Origin: Octopus bimaculoides
Taxonomy: Eukaryota
Length of the DNA stretch: 64,000 nt
Direction of reading: 5' to 3'
Assembly (NCBI RefSeq): GCF_001194135.2
Contig: NC_068984.1
Span: 145,475,638 to 145,539,637 of the forward strand
The position numbers and the translations under genes are program-made. Within the stretch, counting starts at the first letter, position 1. Every line of letters starts with the position of its first letter. Of the stretch, positions 27,541-41,826 are shown piece by piece. The notes under the pieces were generated by a model. That model made no database searches and was not told the DNA's origin. It was given only the letters and a program-made list of their open reading frames with translations.

Positions 27541-28427
27541 AAAGAACAAAAGAATAACACAGTTATCAAAACAGAAGTAAAACAAAACATTGAAAAAAAA
27601 AATGATTCTGATGTTCAAAATGTGTTGCAATCAAGAAAAGATGTTTGAGGTGGTTGAGGAAATAATGGGAGCTTCTTTAAACTGACATTTACAGAATGGT
27701 ATTGTCATTGATCTTAAAGGAGTGCCATCTTCGACAATTGGTTTGGAAACTCAAAGAAATTTCCTCACATATCAAATGACAGCCAGATTCTTCCCCCGAC
27801 TTCTGAATTCATTCCATTCCAGATTTGTGCACCTCAAGTAATTTATAGATAGTGCTTCTTTTTCATCTACGTCGATAATGATGGTTAGACAGCTCCTTAC
27901 AAGACCTGTCGTATCAATATATCTATTTACGGATTTTTTTCATTAGCCTGCCATTTCTGATCTCTCTCCCTCTGCCATTTCTCATCTCTCCCTCTGTCCT
28001 TTCTCATCTCTCCCCCCCTCTGCCATAATCGCTTTCTCTCTTTCCTTCTTTCCACCTGATTTATCTATATTTCAGGAACTATTGTATAAGTTGTCAATGT
28101 GCTGCCAGACATTCACTTCCCATCTGTTTTATAATTTTTAATTAATATTAATTCCAGGGTTGCTTCCCTTGCCAGTCCTGATCAGAATTCATCATCATCA
28201 TCATCATCATTTAACTTTCAGTTTTCCATGCTTGCACAGATCAGATTTGTTGAGACAGATTTTCTATGGCTGGATGCCCTTCCAGTAGCCAACCTTCTTG
28301 TTTCACAATGGCCAGACATGTTTTTCCTGAAAGACTGGAAATGGACAACACCACTTGTATGATAATGATGCTTGTTTACAACCATCATGTGATGTCAAGG
28401 CAAGGCTGCACATACACACGGACATAT

Positions 28428-28501
<74 letters not shown>

Positions 28502-29874
28502 TGTTTGGAGATAATAATTATAATGGAACACCAATCCCACATGACGAGTGGTATGTGCTAGTCGTTACAAATACAGTGAAGTGGGAGAAGTCGTGGAAGT
28601 CGGTTATAGATAGTCATGTCTTATTTGTTTAACAAACTATACTGTTAAACCAGTTATATATATATGCGCGCGCGCGCACACACACACACAAATGATGAGC
28701 TCTATTTCAGTTTCTCTTTTATATGGATAATGCCATCATCAAATGAAAAAGAATATTTTAAGGCACTTTTGATAATGAAATTGTAAGCTTTATTATGCAT
28801 GAGATTAATAATTACAATTTTTGTATTTAATTTAAGTGAAGATAAGATTAAAAATTACTCTTAAGAAAAGATGTTTTTTTGTTTTTGGCCCATTTACACA
28901 ACATTCACACAACCCTTTTCCTCCATTTAAGGGTCAATCAACTATACCCTGTATCCCTTAATGATTTGTGAGATTTTAGTACTGGGGTCCCTCCTCACCT
29001 AAAAATATTTCTGACCCATGTTTCCAGAGGTGAATTATTCGAACCCAAAATAATTCCTCTCAACACATGGCTATGATGCTCCCCGACTACTTCTGCTCAT
29101 GATCAGAGATGCACATATCGTCAGCCATCAAGGGACATGCTCAACTGGTTAAGGTCAAACAACTGACAAGCAAATGTGTGGTATTAAGCAGAATATTTGC
29201 TATAGCCCATTGTTTATACCAAGACAAAACATGTACATGATAACATTTCCAATCAGTTAAGATTAGAAGCCATGAAAGCCACTGCCTGGTACTGCATCAG
29301 GGCATTAATTCCACTGAGGTCGACTTTGCTTTTCATCCTTTCAGGCCTTGTGCCTTCAGTGGAAAGGATTATCGTCATCATCATCATTATCATTATTATT
29401 ATTACTATGATTATTATTATTATCATCATCATTGTTATTATTATTATTATTATTATTATTTCTACTACAATGACTATTACAAATGAAATACTTTTCTTCT
29501 GCAGACAATATTTAACATTCTTCAGTTTACAATAGTCAAAGAAAAGGGCTGACTTCAAGAGAGGGAAAGATCGAGAAACAAGAAGAGGGAGGGAGAAAGA
29601 AAGAGAGAGTGGAGAGGAGGAGGAGGAGGAGGAGAAAGATGAAAGAGGGGTGTGTGAGAAATATTTCCCACTGCAGTAGCAGCAGCAACAAGAGTCTGAT
29701 AAAAGTTTCTTGCCAAGGAATTAAAGAAGAAAGAAAGAAGGAGAGAGAGGAAGAATTGAAGTAGCAAATAATTAAAGCGTTGGCAGGAAATGAGTTGGAA
29801 GTTCTGCTGTTGCAGTTGTTGAAAGTCGGATTTGGGTGGCGGCTCAGAAAAACTAACTCAGTCAGCAAATACAA

Positions 29875-29931
<57 letters not shown>

Positions 29932-30054
29932 ATATATATGATACAAACAACTGTTTACATATACATACACACACATATATATGTGCGTGTGTGTATATAT
30001 ATATATATGTGTATATATACACACACACACATACATACATATATATATATTCTT

Positions 30055-30395
30055 TTATTCTTTCATTCTTTTACTTGTTTCAGTCATTTGACTGTGGCCG
30101 TGCTGGAGCACCGCCTTCAGTCGAGTAAATCGACCCCAGGACTTATTCTTTGTAAACTTAGTACTTATTCTGTCAGTCACTTTTGCCGAACCGCTAAGTT
30201 ACGGGAATGTAAACACACCAGCATTGGTTCTCAAGCGATGTTGGGGAGACAAACACATGCACAAACACACTCATATCTGATAAGCCTCTTTCAGTTTCTG
30301 TTTACCGAATCCCCTCACAAGGCTTTGGTTAGCCCAGGCTGAAGTGGAAGACACTTGTCCACGGTGCCATACAGTGGGACTGAACTTGAAACCAC
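30055..30395 (-). mobile_element. tRNA-derived SINE (family A)
   Basis: Reverse complement of the family A tail and head. Confidence 0.75.
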
Positions 30396-30929
30396 ATGGC
30401 TGTTTTATTTTGTTTTTGTTTTTTAATTAAAAACCTTCTTTGTAATTATCGTTGTATAGACATGCTGGCCGTGTGGTTAAAAAATCCTTCCCCCAACCAT
30501 ATAGTCTCAAGACCAGTTCCACTATATTTAGCAATTACGTTCTACTATGGCCTTGTACAGTGGAGGCGCATGGCTTAACGGTTAGGATACTGGACTCATG
30601 ATCATAAGATTGTGGTTTCAATTCCTGAACCAGGTGATGCATTATGTTTTTGAGCAACACACTTCATTTTACACTGCTCCAATCCACTCAGCTGGTAAAA
30701 GTGACTGATTCTACATGGGACTGGCACCCCATCCAGGGAGGAATATATACACACCAGAGAAACCATAAAACCAGCTCTATGCTCCCTATGGAGTAATGTT
30801 GGCAAACCATAGCCTTGTATAGGAGCCTACTGAACGTGTTCGTATATACACGTGATGTCCCCCAAAATTGTGTACACACTTTACTAGTTAATAAAATCAA
30901 AATGGAAATTGGGAAATTGTAGTTGTGGC

Positions 30930-31290
30930 TGATGCCAGTGCCGCCTAACTGGCTCCCCGTGCTGGTGACATATAAAAAGCACCATCCGAACATGGTTGAT
31001 GCCAGTTCTCCACCCACCCCCACCCGGCTCCTGTACTGGTGGCATGTAAAAAACACTATCCGAACGTGGTCGATGCCAGTACTGCCTGACTGGCTCCTGT
31101 GCCGGTGACATGTAAAAAGCACCCATTACACTCTCGGAGTGGTTGGCACTAGGAAGGGCATCCAGCTGTAGAAACATTGCCAGATCAGATTGGAGCCTGG
31201 TGCAGTCTCTTGGCTTGCCAGTCCTCAGTAAACTGTGCAACCCATGCCAGCATGGAAAGCGAACGTTAAACGATGATGATGATGATGATG
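30930..31290 (+). mobile_element. Family C repeat with tandem AAAAAGCACC sub-units
   Basis: Repeated GCCAGT...CTGGCTCC...TAAAAAGCAC units followed by the family C tail. Confidence 0.75.
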
Positions 31291-31419
31291 GACTCACTGA
31301 ATTGTCATTTCCTTTTAGATTTAATCCATTAGAAATAATGAAGGGACCAAGACTAAGCATTGAACAGTGCAGAATCTTCCTAGTGATGCTAAGGGTTTGA
31401 AAATAACACACAAAGACAG

Positions 31420-31790
31420 TTTAGGTGGCAGGGAGTTTGAAGCACATCCACCTATGTAACTTATTCTCATTTGAATTAAAGATAAATTTAAAGCAGATGG
31501 AATGGTTCAGAATGCCCAAAAGAAATGTTCTGGAAGATTGCAGACATCAACAAGCTTCATAAAGCAAGAAAGGGCTCAAGGAACATATTGTCAGAGTTCA
31601 AGAAATTTCAAGAGGAATTTCAAAATCAAGTGCTATCATTGGAAAAGTTACACTCCAAGAAGAGTTCATGCTCTCAACAAAGCTGATCCAGACCAAAGAG
31701 TGGAGTTTTGGAAATGGTGTACTAATTTGATAATGAAAAACACGCTTATTTGACTGAAATCTCTCAAGCATTTTGATCATTTCGGAAATT
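31420..31790 (+). mobile_element. Tc3-like / DUF4817-type Tc1 transposase N-terminal remnant
   Basis: KDKFKADGMVQNAQKKCSGRLQTSTS...HALNKADPDQRVEFWKW resembles the DKFE..GTV.N....SGRP.TS...H.L...DPD.R.EFC.W pattern. Confidence 0.7.
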
Positions 31791-34700
31791 AATTGAAAAA
31801 CATGATTTTCTTCATTAGAAATATGGTGACAAAAGGGTTAAAGCATAGAAAAGAAGAAAAGAGCTTCCCCCATCATTCAAAGAACCTCACTTTCTCTATC
31901 GGGCAAGTCTTTAATTCTTTATGGAACCATATCAATGCCATCTCGTTCCCATTTCTAAAAGTTCCATTTACTTAGTCACACACATACTTTTTTTTCCTAT
32001 TATGTGCTCATGTTTTCTTTTAATAATTTATTTTATTGAAGTGTGTCACACATTTCCACCATTAAATACATGCATAATACACACACATGTGCTACCTTAT
32101 ACACACACATGTACTACATTCATATGAGGACACTATTGATAAGACAGCATTAAAGCACTTAGACTAAATGGCTCACATTTAGATTAAAATTCTCAACAGG
32201 GCTATGTCTAAGGAGACCCAAATTAATTTTGCTGATACAGAAAAAAATCTTCCATTACTTGGTGTGCTAGCATTACCAAAATTCTAATTCAAAGTGATTT
32301 TAACACTCTTTTACAAGTTTCAGTTGTTTTCTGGGGTCAGATTAGAAGAATGACTTTAAAAGGAATGTGTAAACAATTATTTTTTTAAAGTATGCTCCAA
32401 GTAAGGACTGAACCCACAACCTTCAGATTACTCTATGGTTAGATTTGATTATGGGACTACCATACTAGCTTACTGACACCATTACAATCTATGGATGTAG
32501 TTCATACAGAAAAGTGATGTTTATTCAAGCTAAACTCATTGCATTTTCATAGTCTTTGCAATAATTTAGTACCAATTTCACTTGTCCTCACAGAGTTGGC
32601 AGCATTCATACTCAAGAAATGACCATTCCAACAAAGTTTTCCGCCATCGCACTTTCTCATAAACAACATCAAGTTTCTTTAATTCTCCAAATACCAGAAT
32701 ACAAAGCAAATTTACAGTTCTGCTCAAAACAATGATCTCATCTACCAATCGAATTCAACCTTATCTCTTTGGCACAGATTCTATTAACACACACACACAC
32801 ATGCATCACTATCATCATCATCATCATTGTTTTAGCATCCACTTTTTCATGCTTGCATGGGTCAGATGGAATTTGTTGAGGCAGATTTTCTTCATCCAGA
32901 TACCCTTCCTGCCACCACCCTTTACCTGTTTCCAAGCTAATATTCGGCCAGTCATACCATGTCAGGACAAATATCAGAGAAAAATAGTTACATGCAAAGA
33001 ATGGTTTGTTACTAAATTTAATTGGTTTACAACTAAACTTGATTACTAATTTGGATTTAAAGATAAAATGATTTTTTTTTGTTTATATGTAAGGGTTCTT
33101 AGAGACTTTTTGGCAGGGGCTAGTTTAAGATTTGAATGAAAATGGAATTTTTACAATAATTCTCAATAAATCTAAAAAACTCGATGTTTTTTCAGTATGA
33201 CAACTTATATCATTACACTAACAATCAAGCCATGACCATCTCATCTAGTTTTTGGCATATTATAATCAGGATTATTTCATCTGATATTTTCATCTATTTT
33301 AAAGACAGCAGAGCAGATTTTCAAAGGTGATTTAGGCTGCCCGTCCCATAGTAGGAGGCAAGGCTCCTTCCCGCAAATGTAACATTCTGAACAAGGCCAC
33401 TTTGTCTAGCTCAGTTTTGGCTACTCTCATCATCTACAAGCATTCACTGCATGGCCATGTGGTAAGAAGTTCATTTCCCAGCCACATGGTTTTGGGTTCA
33501 GTTGTGTGGCACCTTGGGTGGGTGTCATCTACTATAACCCCAGGTTAACCCAAACCTTGTAAGTACAAAACTGAAAGAAGCTCATTGTGTGTGTGTGTAT
33601 GTGTGAATGTATTTGTGTGTGTGTGTATGTGTGAATGTATTTGTGTGTGTGTGTGTGTGTGCATGTGTGTGTGTATGCGTATGTTGCTGTCTTACCTTGA
33701 CTTTGCACAATAGTTGTAAACGAGTATCAATGTCATGCAAGCAGTATCCTTTATTTCCAATCTTCATGAAATCATGTTTGGACAGTGGCTAATGTGGAAC
33801 TGGGTAATATTCCTTAACTTGGAAACAGGCAAGTGTTGGCAACAGGACAGATATCTAGCTATAAAAAATCTGTCTTAACAAATTCTGTCCCACCCATGCA
33901 AGCATAGAAAAGTAAACATTAAAGTGATGACGAGTCTATGCCCAGACTGTCTCACTGCATGATCGCAGCCACATGTTCTTAGTTGGAGACAAGGCATAAC
34001 TAGAACACCAAATCTGCAGGTTGCACCTTGTGATTCAGCCAACCACCAGTAACATAAAATGACCATTCTGTAAGCACTGACCTGGAGTTACACAACAACA
34101 ACAACACAATGATGCTAATTTACATATGGGAAATTAGAGGTGAGAAATATTCTGATTTGCAATTTAACATATACTGATTACATTAACTAGCGTACCTTGA
34201 TAAAGTTAATATTATCAAGAGACAGAATAATGTTGGAGAGAAAATTCACATTGTGAACTTGTGTTTGAAACCCCTTTCATGGTGTATGTTCTCAATATTC
34301 GTAATAATGTTCAAGGCAAAGTCATTCTCCTTCAATTATCAAAGTTGTTACATTCAATGCCAATTCTATTTATCTATTTCCTTTAACATAGAATGTCATT
34401 TACCATTTATTGATTTTGGTATTAATTTCTATGGATACCAACATGTGGAAGTGAAATGACCCATTCCGTAGCTGAGTCCGTTGAAGCCAAATATTCCTCG
34501 ACAGCAAAGAAATGTTTAATATATTTTCAGCCTTCAGCAGAATCAAACACGAAAATAACATTTTCTTTATGCATGCATGCACACATGCACACACACATAC
34601 ACACACAACTACATGTGTACCACATTCATTTTTACACAAAGTAATTTCTCATTCCACCTTAGTAATCACTTTTAAGAAGTATTCTTCAATCTCAAATTTA

Positions 34701-36294
34701 TTTTTTGCTTCTCGGTACACATGCAACAACAACAAAAAAAAAACAGTTTATAAAAGTCAGCAGATGATATCTTATAGACATATTGTTGATGTGAGTCTTT
34801 GAGAGATCATTGCTTGAATATGATAATATATAAAGCAGGTAAGAACTATCAAGAATGGCAGACCAAATCTGTCACACTGTCTCACACCACCATTAGACCA
34901 TTGGGTTATCTTTAGCAGATATCACATTCTATAAAGCATTTGGACCAGGCCTCTCTTATACAAGAACAGCTACCAATATATTTTGGGGTGGTCTATAACA
35001 GCAGCAACACAAGAGCAATGGTTTCTCCTTCTCTTTTTCTCCCGAACCAGTCTTGGAGTCAATCTCCTATTGCCTTCTTCCTTCACATCAATCTTCAAGA
35101 AACTGGTCTTCCCTTTTCCTCACACCAATCTTGAAATCAATGGCTTTTCCTGTCTCCTCTTCACACATACACACACACACACACACACATTGACCTTGAA
35201 GTCATTTCTTCCTTTTTCTGGCCCCACCCTATTCTCAAAGACATTGCCCTTCCTCCAAAAGCTAAACTATATCAAATGTTGATATCAAATTTTGGCACAA
35301 GGGCAGAAATTTCAGGGAAGGGGATAAGTTGATTACAATGACCCCAGTGCATAACTGGTACCAATTTTATCAACCCTGAAGGGATGAAAAGCAAAGTGGA
35401 CCTCAGCAGAATTTGAACTCAGGACATAAAGGTGAGCAAAATACCACAAAACATTTTGCCTGGTATGCCAATGATTCTGGCAGCTCCCCCTTTAATCATA
35501 TCAGATATTTCAGAAATATGTGTGATTTGGTTGACGCAACACAGAAATGTTTACAGAACATCTAAAAAAAAAAAACAGATATTGTGTTACATCACAATAC
35601 TCTGTATTATTTAAATGTAATTCTGTTTTGGTGCAGAAGCAGAATTACTATACAAATAGTGAAAGGAAATATTACAATGGTTATTGGAAGACAGTTATAA
35701 AATTTAAAGTCAGTTGTTTAAATTTCGGTAAAATAAACTTTATTTATCAATAAATGATGTGCGTTTGTATTTTTTTACCCACAAAATTGCTTTTGATAAA
35801 CAAATACTTTATGAAACACAACAGAGGAGGATAATAGAATTTAGTTGTAGTGTCTAGATGCAGATATGGCTGTGTAGTTAAGATGTTAGCTTCCCAATCA
35901 TGTGGCCCTGGGGTCCTGCCTTTCTCTCTTTAATGTAAGATTACAGAAAAGAAAGGAGAAACCTCACATTCAAATAAATATACTCCAACATTTGCATTGA
36001 GTACATTTTCTTCTACTTACAGATTCAAATGTACATGTACTTGGGTGTGTGTGTGTGTGTGTGTGCATTATATATGTAAAGTGGTCGGCATTAGGAAGGG
36101 CATCCAGCCATAGAAACCATGCCAAAACAGACTGCAGAGCTTGGCACAGTCTTCTGACTTGCCAGCTCTAGTCAAACTGTCCAACCCATGCCAGCAGGGA
36201 AAGCAGATGTTACTGTAAACCCAACCTCCACTTTCAGGGTCGAGAGAGAGAGAGACAGACAGAGGCTGGATTAACGGTAACATTTATATGCATC

Positions 36295-36580
36295 CACTAG
36301 AGGAGACCCCCTTCGGTCATGAATGACCGTGGGATTGCACCTAGAAAGTTACCCTCCAAGGCACAAGTCCAGCAGTCGCCACCGATGTTATCCAAGGGAA
36401 AGGCAAAGGGGCTGATACAGCTTGGCACCAGTGACATCGCAACTCATTTCTACAGCTGAGTAAACTGGAGCAACCGTGAAATAAAGTGTCTTGCTCAAGA
36501 ATACAACATGCAGCCCGGTCCGGGAATTGAACTCACAACCTCACGATCATAAGCTCAACACTCTAACCACTGAGCCGTGC
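36295..36580 (-). mobile_element. tRNA-derived SINE (family E)
   Basis: Reverse complement of 26881-27120 plus 3' body. Confidence 0.75.
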
Positions 36581-36877
36581 ATCCACAACTGATTATATAT
36601 ATATATAGTTTATATGAGAAGATCTGAATGAAAAATTTAAAGCCCATACAAATCAGGGAAATTACCTATTAAGAGTGAACTGTAATTGAAATAAAGTGTA
36701 ATTAATATCACACAATGAATTTATGTTAATGATTAGGAGATAATATAACCTCATTAGACTTGATAACAGAAATTTATCTAAAACTATGTAATAAATTATA
36801 TACGACAATAATATATGAGTTATCTCATAACCAATGGATATCATAAACACCACTAGCAGACTAAATATCACACACAT

Positions 36878-36908
<31 letters not shown>

Positions 36909-38067
36909 CAGACACACACACACACATATATATATACATATATATATGCACACACACACACATATGGGAATATATACATACACATTATATATAGCAATGC
37001 TGTGTGGTTAAGAAGCTTGCTTCTAAACCACATGATCTTGGGTTCAACCCCACTAAGTGGCACTTTGGGCAAGTGTCTTCTACTATAACCCCAGGCTGAC
37101 CAATGCCTTGTGAGTGAATTTCATAGCAGAAATTGAAAGAAGCCTATCATCTATATATATGTATATATCATCATCATCATCATTACTGCTTAACATCCGC
37201 TTTCTGTACTGGCATAGGTTGCACGGTTTCAAAAGCCAGGAGGCTGCACCAGGCTTCAATCTGATCTGGCAGTGTTTCTACAGCTGGATGCCCTTCCTAA
37301 TGCCAACCACTCCGAGAGTGTAGCAGGTGCTTTTGACATGCCACAAAATATAAGTCAAAGAAATGGTACAAGGACTGTAATCATGACGACTTAGTGAAAT
37401 TGAAAAAATAAATGTAAAAATTCTGGGAAGAGAGAAAAGTGGGTGATAGAGATATAGATAGACTTATTTATATATACCCAGGTATGTCTCATTCTCTGGG
37501 TAGTTCATCCAACTATTACAAATTCTGATACTGGCAATAACAGTAATTAATACATCAACCTCCCCATAACACTCATTTGCCATCTCAACTAACGAGGGGC
37601 TTGGATGTGGTGACAGGCTAACAAAAGAAATTCTATGTGATCTGTTAGAAACAACAGTTAAATCTCTCTAAATTACATTCTACCAGTCTAAAAGGATGAC
37701 GAAAAATACATTGAAATCGTAGCCTAGGAATAAAAACAACATAATTTGCTACTGTATAGACTAGAGTTTAAATAAATCTAATGTTATATACTCAGGTGCC
37801 AGACATAACAACAACACCTGGCATAAAACACAATACATACAGTAAGCATTGCATCCTGTATTTGCCAGCTGTAATCCTCTTCAATTAATTAAGATCTTTA
37901 GAAACTGTCTGATCTGATTTGTTTCATATGAAATAATCACAATATTGCAAACATGGTCCTCAGTTACAGAGTCAAAGAGTACAAGTTTAATCTAAGAGAG
38001 CCAGTGAGCACTTGAAGCTCAAAGGTCATTTAAGATTTCACATAGTGTGTGTGTGTATGTGTGTGTG

Positions 38068-38145
<78 letters not shown>

Positions 38146-38939
38146 GTTGCCAGTACCGTGTGACTGGCCTTCATGCCGGTGGCATGTAAAAGCACCCACT
38201 ATACTCTCGGAGTGGTTGGCATTAAGAAGAGCATCCAGCTGTAGAAACTCTACCAGATGAGACTGGAGGCTGGTGCAGCCTTCTGGCTTGCCAGTCCTCA
38301 GTCAAATCGTCCAACCCATGCTAGCATGGAAAGCGGATGTTAAACGATGATGATGATACACACACATATATATATAAATACATGTAGATGTCTATATTTC
38401 TGCACAGAATATCATCAGACAAAGTAAACGTCCATGAGAAAACTGAAAAACTTCTTTTTTTTTTTTTAATGAAGTTTGTAGTGATATTTGTTCTGCACCA
38501 TCTCACAGACACTTCCTTGTCAGGCTCACTCTTAGAAATGCCGTGAACCCCTGACAGGCCTGTTGGAAACATATCACTAATGATCCTATTGTTCACTAAT
38601 AGCAATATAAAAATAGTTTTGTTTTAAAACCTGTTTGATTCACCCCCTCCAGTGAAATAATTAACAAAATACAACACTATTTCTGTATTTTAGAAGCAAA
38701 GCACTTAGGAAATTCTTGTCATAATGCAAAATTCATTTCCCCATTGATTTTCATGTTAAAAAGTGAAAATATGTTGCAACAGATTTTTCTATAAAACAAC
38801 AAGAAAGCAACATGACGACTTTTACGTATGAAAGTAACAAAGAGACACACTGCAAGGTGTATACATAAATATGTTGAAGAGAAACACATTAGGGAATAAA
38901 TAAGAATCCTAATACCAGACTGGGGTACATTCTTAGCAT

Positions 38940-39510
38940 GAAGGACGTTGACTATGGAGTGAAGGGTGGTGGTGGTGGCGGTGGCGGTGGAATGAGATTT
39001 ACTGGGAGGATGAAGAACACTATCCTCTGTCTTAGAATTCATCATTATCAATATGGAGGAGTGAAGAACTTATCCAAAATTATTGGATGTTTATGGTGCA
39101 TCACTTCTTTGAACAGCTCAGTGTAGGAACTGAGCTTATCGTAAATTCTTCTTGGAATTATTCTATGTCCACAATAAGGATTGCCATTAGCAAAAACCTT
39201 GCACATCTTCCTCTTCTAAATACCAATCCTATTGCAATATTCTTTGTATTTAAATGGAGTTGATGGAATTTCCATATTTTTATCTGTATTCTCATCTTGT
39301 TTATGCTCAAAGTTCTTCTTTAGATAAAACTTTCCCTATGGGACCCTAGCAACTCAACCATATTGTCCCCTATGACTTCTCCAAACCCTACATCATTTGC
39401 AAGGGTCACAATATCTTCCTCAATTTCATATAGACTTCCTGGTTTGTGCAAAATTTGCGCAGTTACAGATACAGTCTGGCCATGTGTTTTGCCAAGCACC
39501 ATTCAAAGAA
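38940..39510 (-). mobile_element. Tigger/pogo transposase C-terminal remnant
   Basis: Minus-strand IEEDIVTLANDVGFGEVIGDNMVELLGSH and VFANGNPY...RRIYDKLSSYTELFKE...ILDKFF match the Tigger C-terminal pattern. Confidence 0.7.
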
Positions 39511-39689
39511 AACTTCACCAAAAGTTTATAGTGACATATGAGATGAAGTGAAGCATTAAGTGAAGATGTAGAGCATCGGAATGTCAGAAAGGGTTGATGA
39601 GAACAAGTTGTTATGACAAGATGTGGCTTGATACTACAAGAATGGTATATTACATTATGGCAACAGGGGAGTATAAGACTTTCAGGTAG

Positions 39690-40005
39690 ACACTGGCCCT
39701 CTGCCGGTTATGGTGATGAGGGTTCCACCTGATCCAATCATTGGAACAGCCTGCTCGTGAAATTAACATGCAAGTGGCTGAGTACTCCACAGACACATGT
39801 ACTCTTAATGTAACTCTCAGGGCGATTCAGCATGACACAGAATGTGACAAGGCTGGCCCATTGAATTACTGGTACAATTCATTTTTGCCAGCTGAGTGGA
39901 CTGGACCAAGGGGAAATAAAACATCTTGCACAAGGACACAACACGTTGCCAGGAATTGAACTCATGACCTTAGAATCGTGGACCAAAATACCTTAACCAC
40001 TATGT
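39690..40005 (-). mobile_element. SINE (family D body with tRNA-like head)
   Basis: Shares GAAATTAACATGCAAGTGGCTGAGTACTCCACAGACAC with 21940-21980. Confidence 0.75.
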
Positions 40006-41545
40006 CACTCATAATAGGCTCATAACCATGCATCTCAGTTTCAATTCCTGATTGAAACAGTTTCGTATCTCTTACACCATTAATAATATGTTGTTAACAG
40101 TTGGAAACATTATACAGCCTCGCTCAGCCCTGCTCTCAAGCTAAGCCAGACTGACCCAAATAGCTGATCAACATTCCATGCATGGCTGGTTAAATGCAGG
40201 CCTTAGCAGATTCAGAATTTTCCCACAAGTCCCAAAGTTCATGACCACTTTTTTTAACCTAATTTCACACCTTTTCTCTCTGTCTCTCTCACTTTTCTGT
40301 AAAAAATGGCTGACAGCTTTCCCAAGAGAATTCTCTGGAATAGAAGGAAATAATATTTCAAGCTAATATCTACCCTGAATTTAGTCTAGGAATGCTACAA
40401 AGGGTTTGTGGGCACTGCATGCTTTTCTTTTTGAATTTTTCTCTCAGACAAACCTTATGGAAGGATTTTGTGCATCAAAATTTTGAAAACAGAAACTTTT
40501 AATGACATAAAACTTTAATAGGCCTCACTTTTCTTTTTCTTTTTTTTTTACTTGCTGGGATTTGATGGAGGGACAGTGCCCAAGACCTTCAAAGATTAAT
40601 AAGGCTGGTGCTATTAAGGGTGCTCTTGAACTATTGCAAGTCAACATTGGTATGAAAGACGTGCGCAGAGTGGGAACTCAAGGGGGAGGGGACAATGCAT
40701 GGGGACTAGTGTGGGGTTGGGGGTTTGAACACAACAAGGGTGAGAAAAGAAGTAATATTCAACCAGTGTGTGTGCTATTACTGGTGTAATGATCCTCGCA
40801 AAACACAGGATTAATTTAAAACATTGTTTTGAATCAGTCATGTATTATCTCATAGTTTTGAGATATTGATGATGTGTTTGTATAGTTTTGGAATGACATT
40901 GTTGGTGTGAGAAGCCAGATCTGGCCAGTTTGAACAAGTAAAGGTAGAATGTTTGGGCTGGATATGGCCAGTTTAAATGCAAAATGGTTAAACAAATGAC
41001 TGCTTTGTTAGCTGGTTAGATATTTAACCAACTGACAAACAAGAATGTGATATTGAACCAGTGTGTGTGCTATTACTGGTGTAATGATCCTCCCAAAAAC
41101 ACAAGACTTATTTCAACACAAATTCTCATAAAAGAAATCTTGCAAAACCAAATTCAAAAATGAAATGAAATATTTGGCTTACAACACAGAAATAAAAAAA
41201 AAAAAGAAAAACCAAGCCCGTATATTAATGGCAACTTTCTAAGGGCTTGTTAGAATTTTAGCAAGGCAAGAAGAATAGTTTTTCCCTCTCCTTCAATATT
41301 TCCACCACCTCCCTACATATCTAACCCCACAACCATTTAACAGCAGATGTTTTAAGTAAATATAAATCTTCCTTGCAAACAAGATAACAGCTTCTCCCTG
41401 TTACCAGATGCTTGTTTGGTGGTGTATGGGGGAGGAGGTGCGATGGTAGGGGAGAAGTCTTTTAGCAGCAAGTTGGGGGTTGCTGTTGTTGTTTCAAAAA
41501 CTTAGAAACGTGGCAGAATCTGTCAACTGGATCACAGACAGAAGC

Positions 41546-41592
<47 letters not shown>

Positions 41593-41791
41593 GAGAGAGA
41601 GAGAGAAAGAGAGAGAGAGAATGCCGGCATCGCTTAACAGACAGCACTGTGTTACACAAACGCCTCTCTATGCTCTTTTCCTCTCTCTCTCTCACATATA
41701 CACACTACCTCTCGAACTTTCTGCCTCTCTCTCTCTCTCTTCCTCTCCGTCTATCTCACTTTCATTTTTTCTTCTCTCTCTCCCTCTTTTC

Positions 41792-41826
<35 letters not shown>

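Noticed and set aside
32570-32647. Minus-strand MAENFVGMVIS, faintly like an EDC3/Lsm N-terminus
   Set aside because: Three stops within the next 10 codons and no splice donor rescuing the frame; likely chance.
38385-38420. Minus-strand CTGATGA...GAAA with hammerhead-like spacing
   Set aside because: The intervening sequence forms no stem II and there is no stem I/III pairing.
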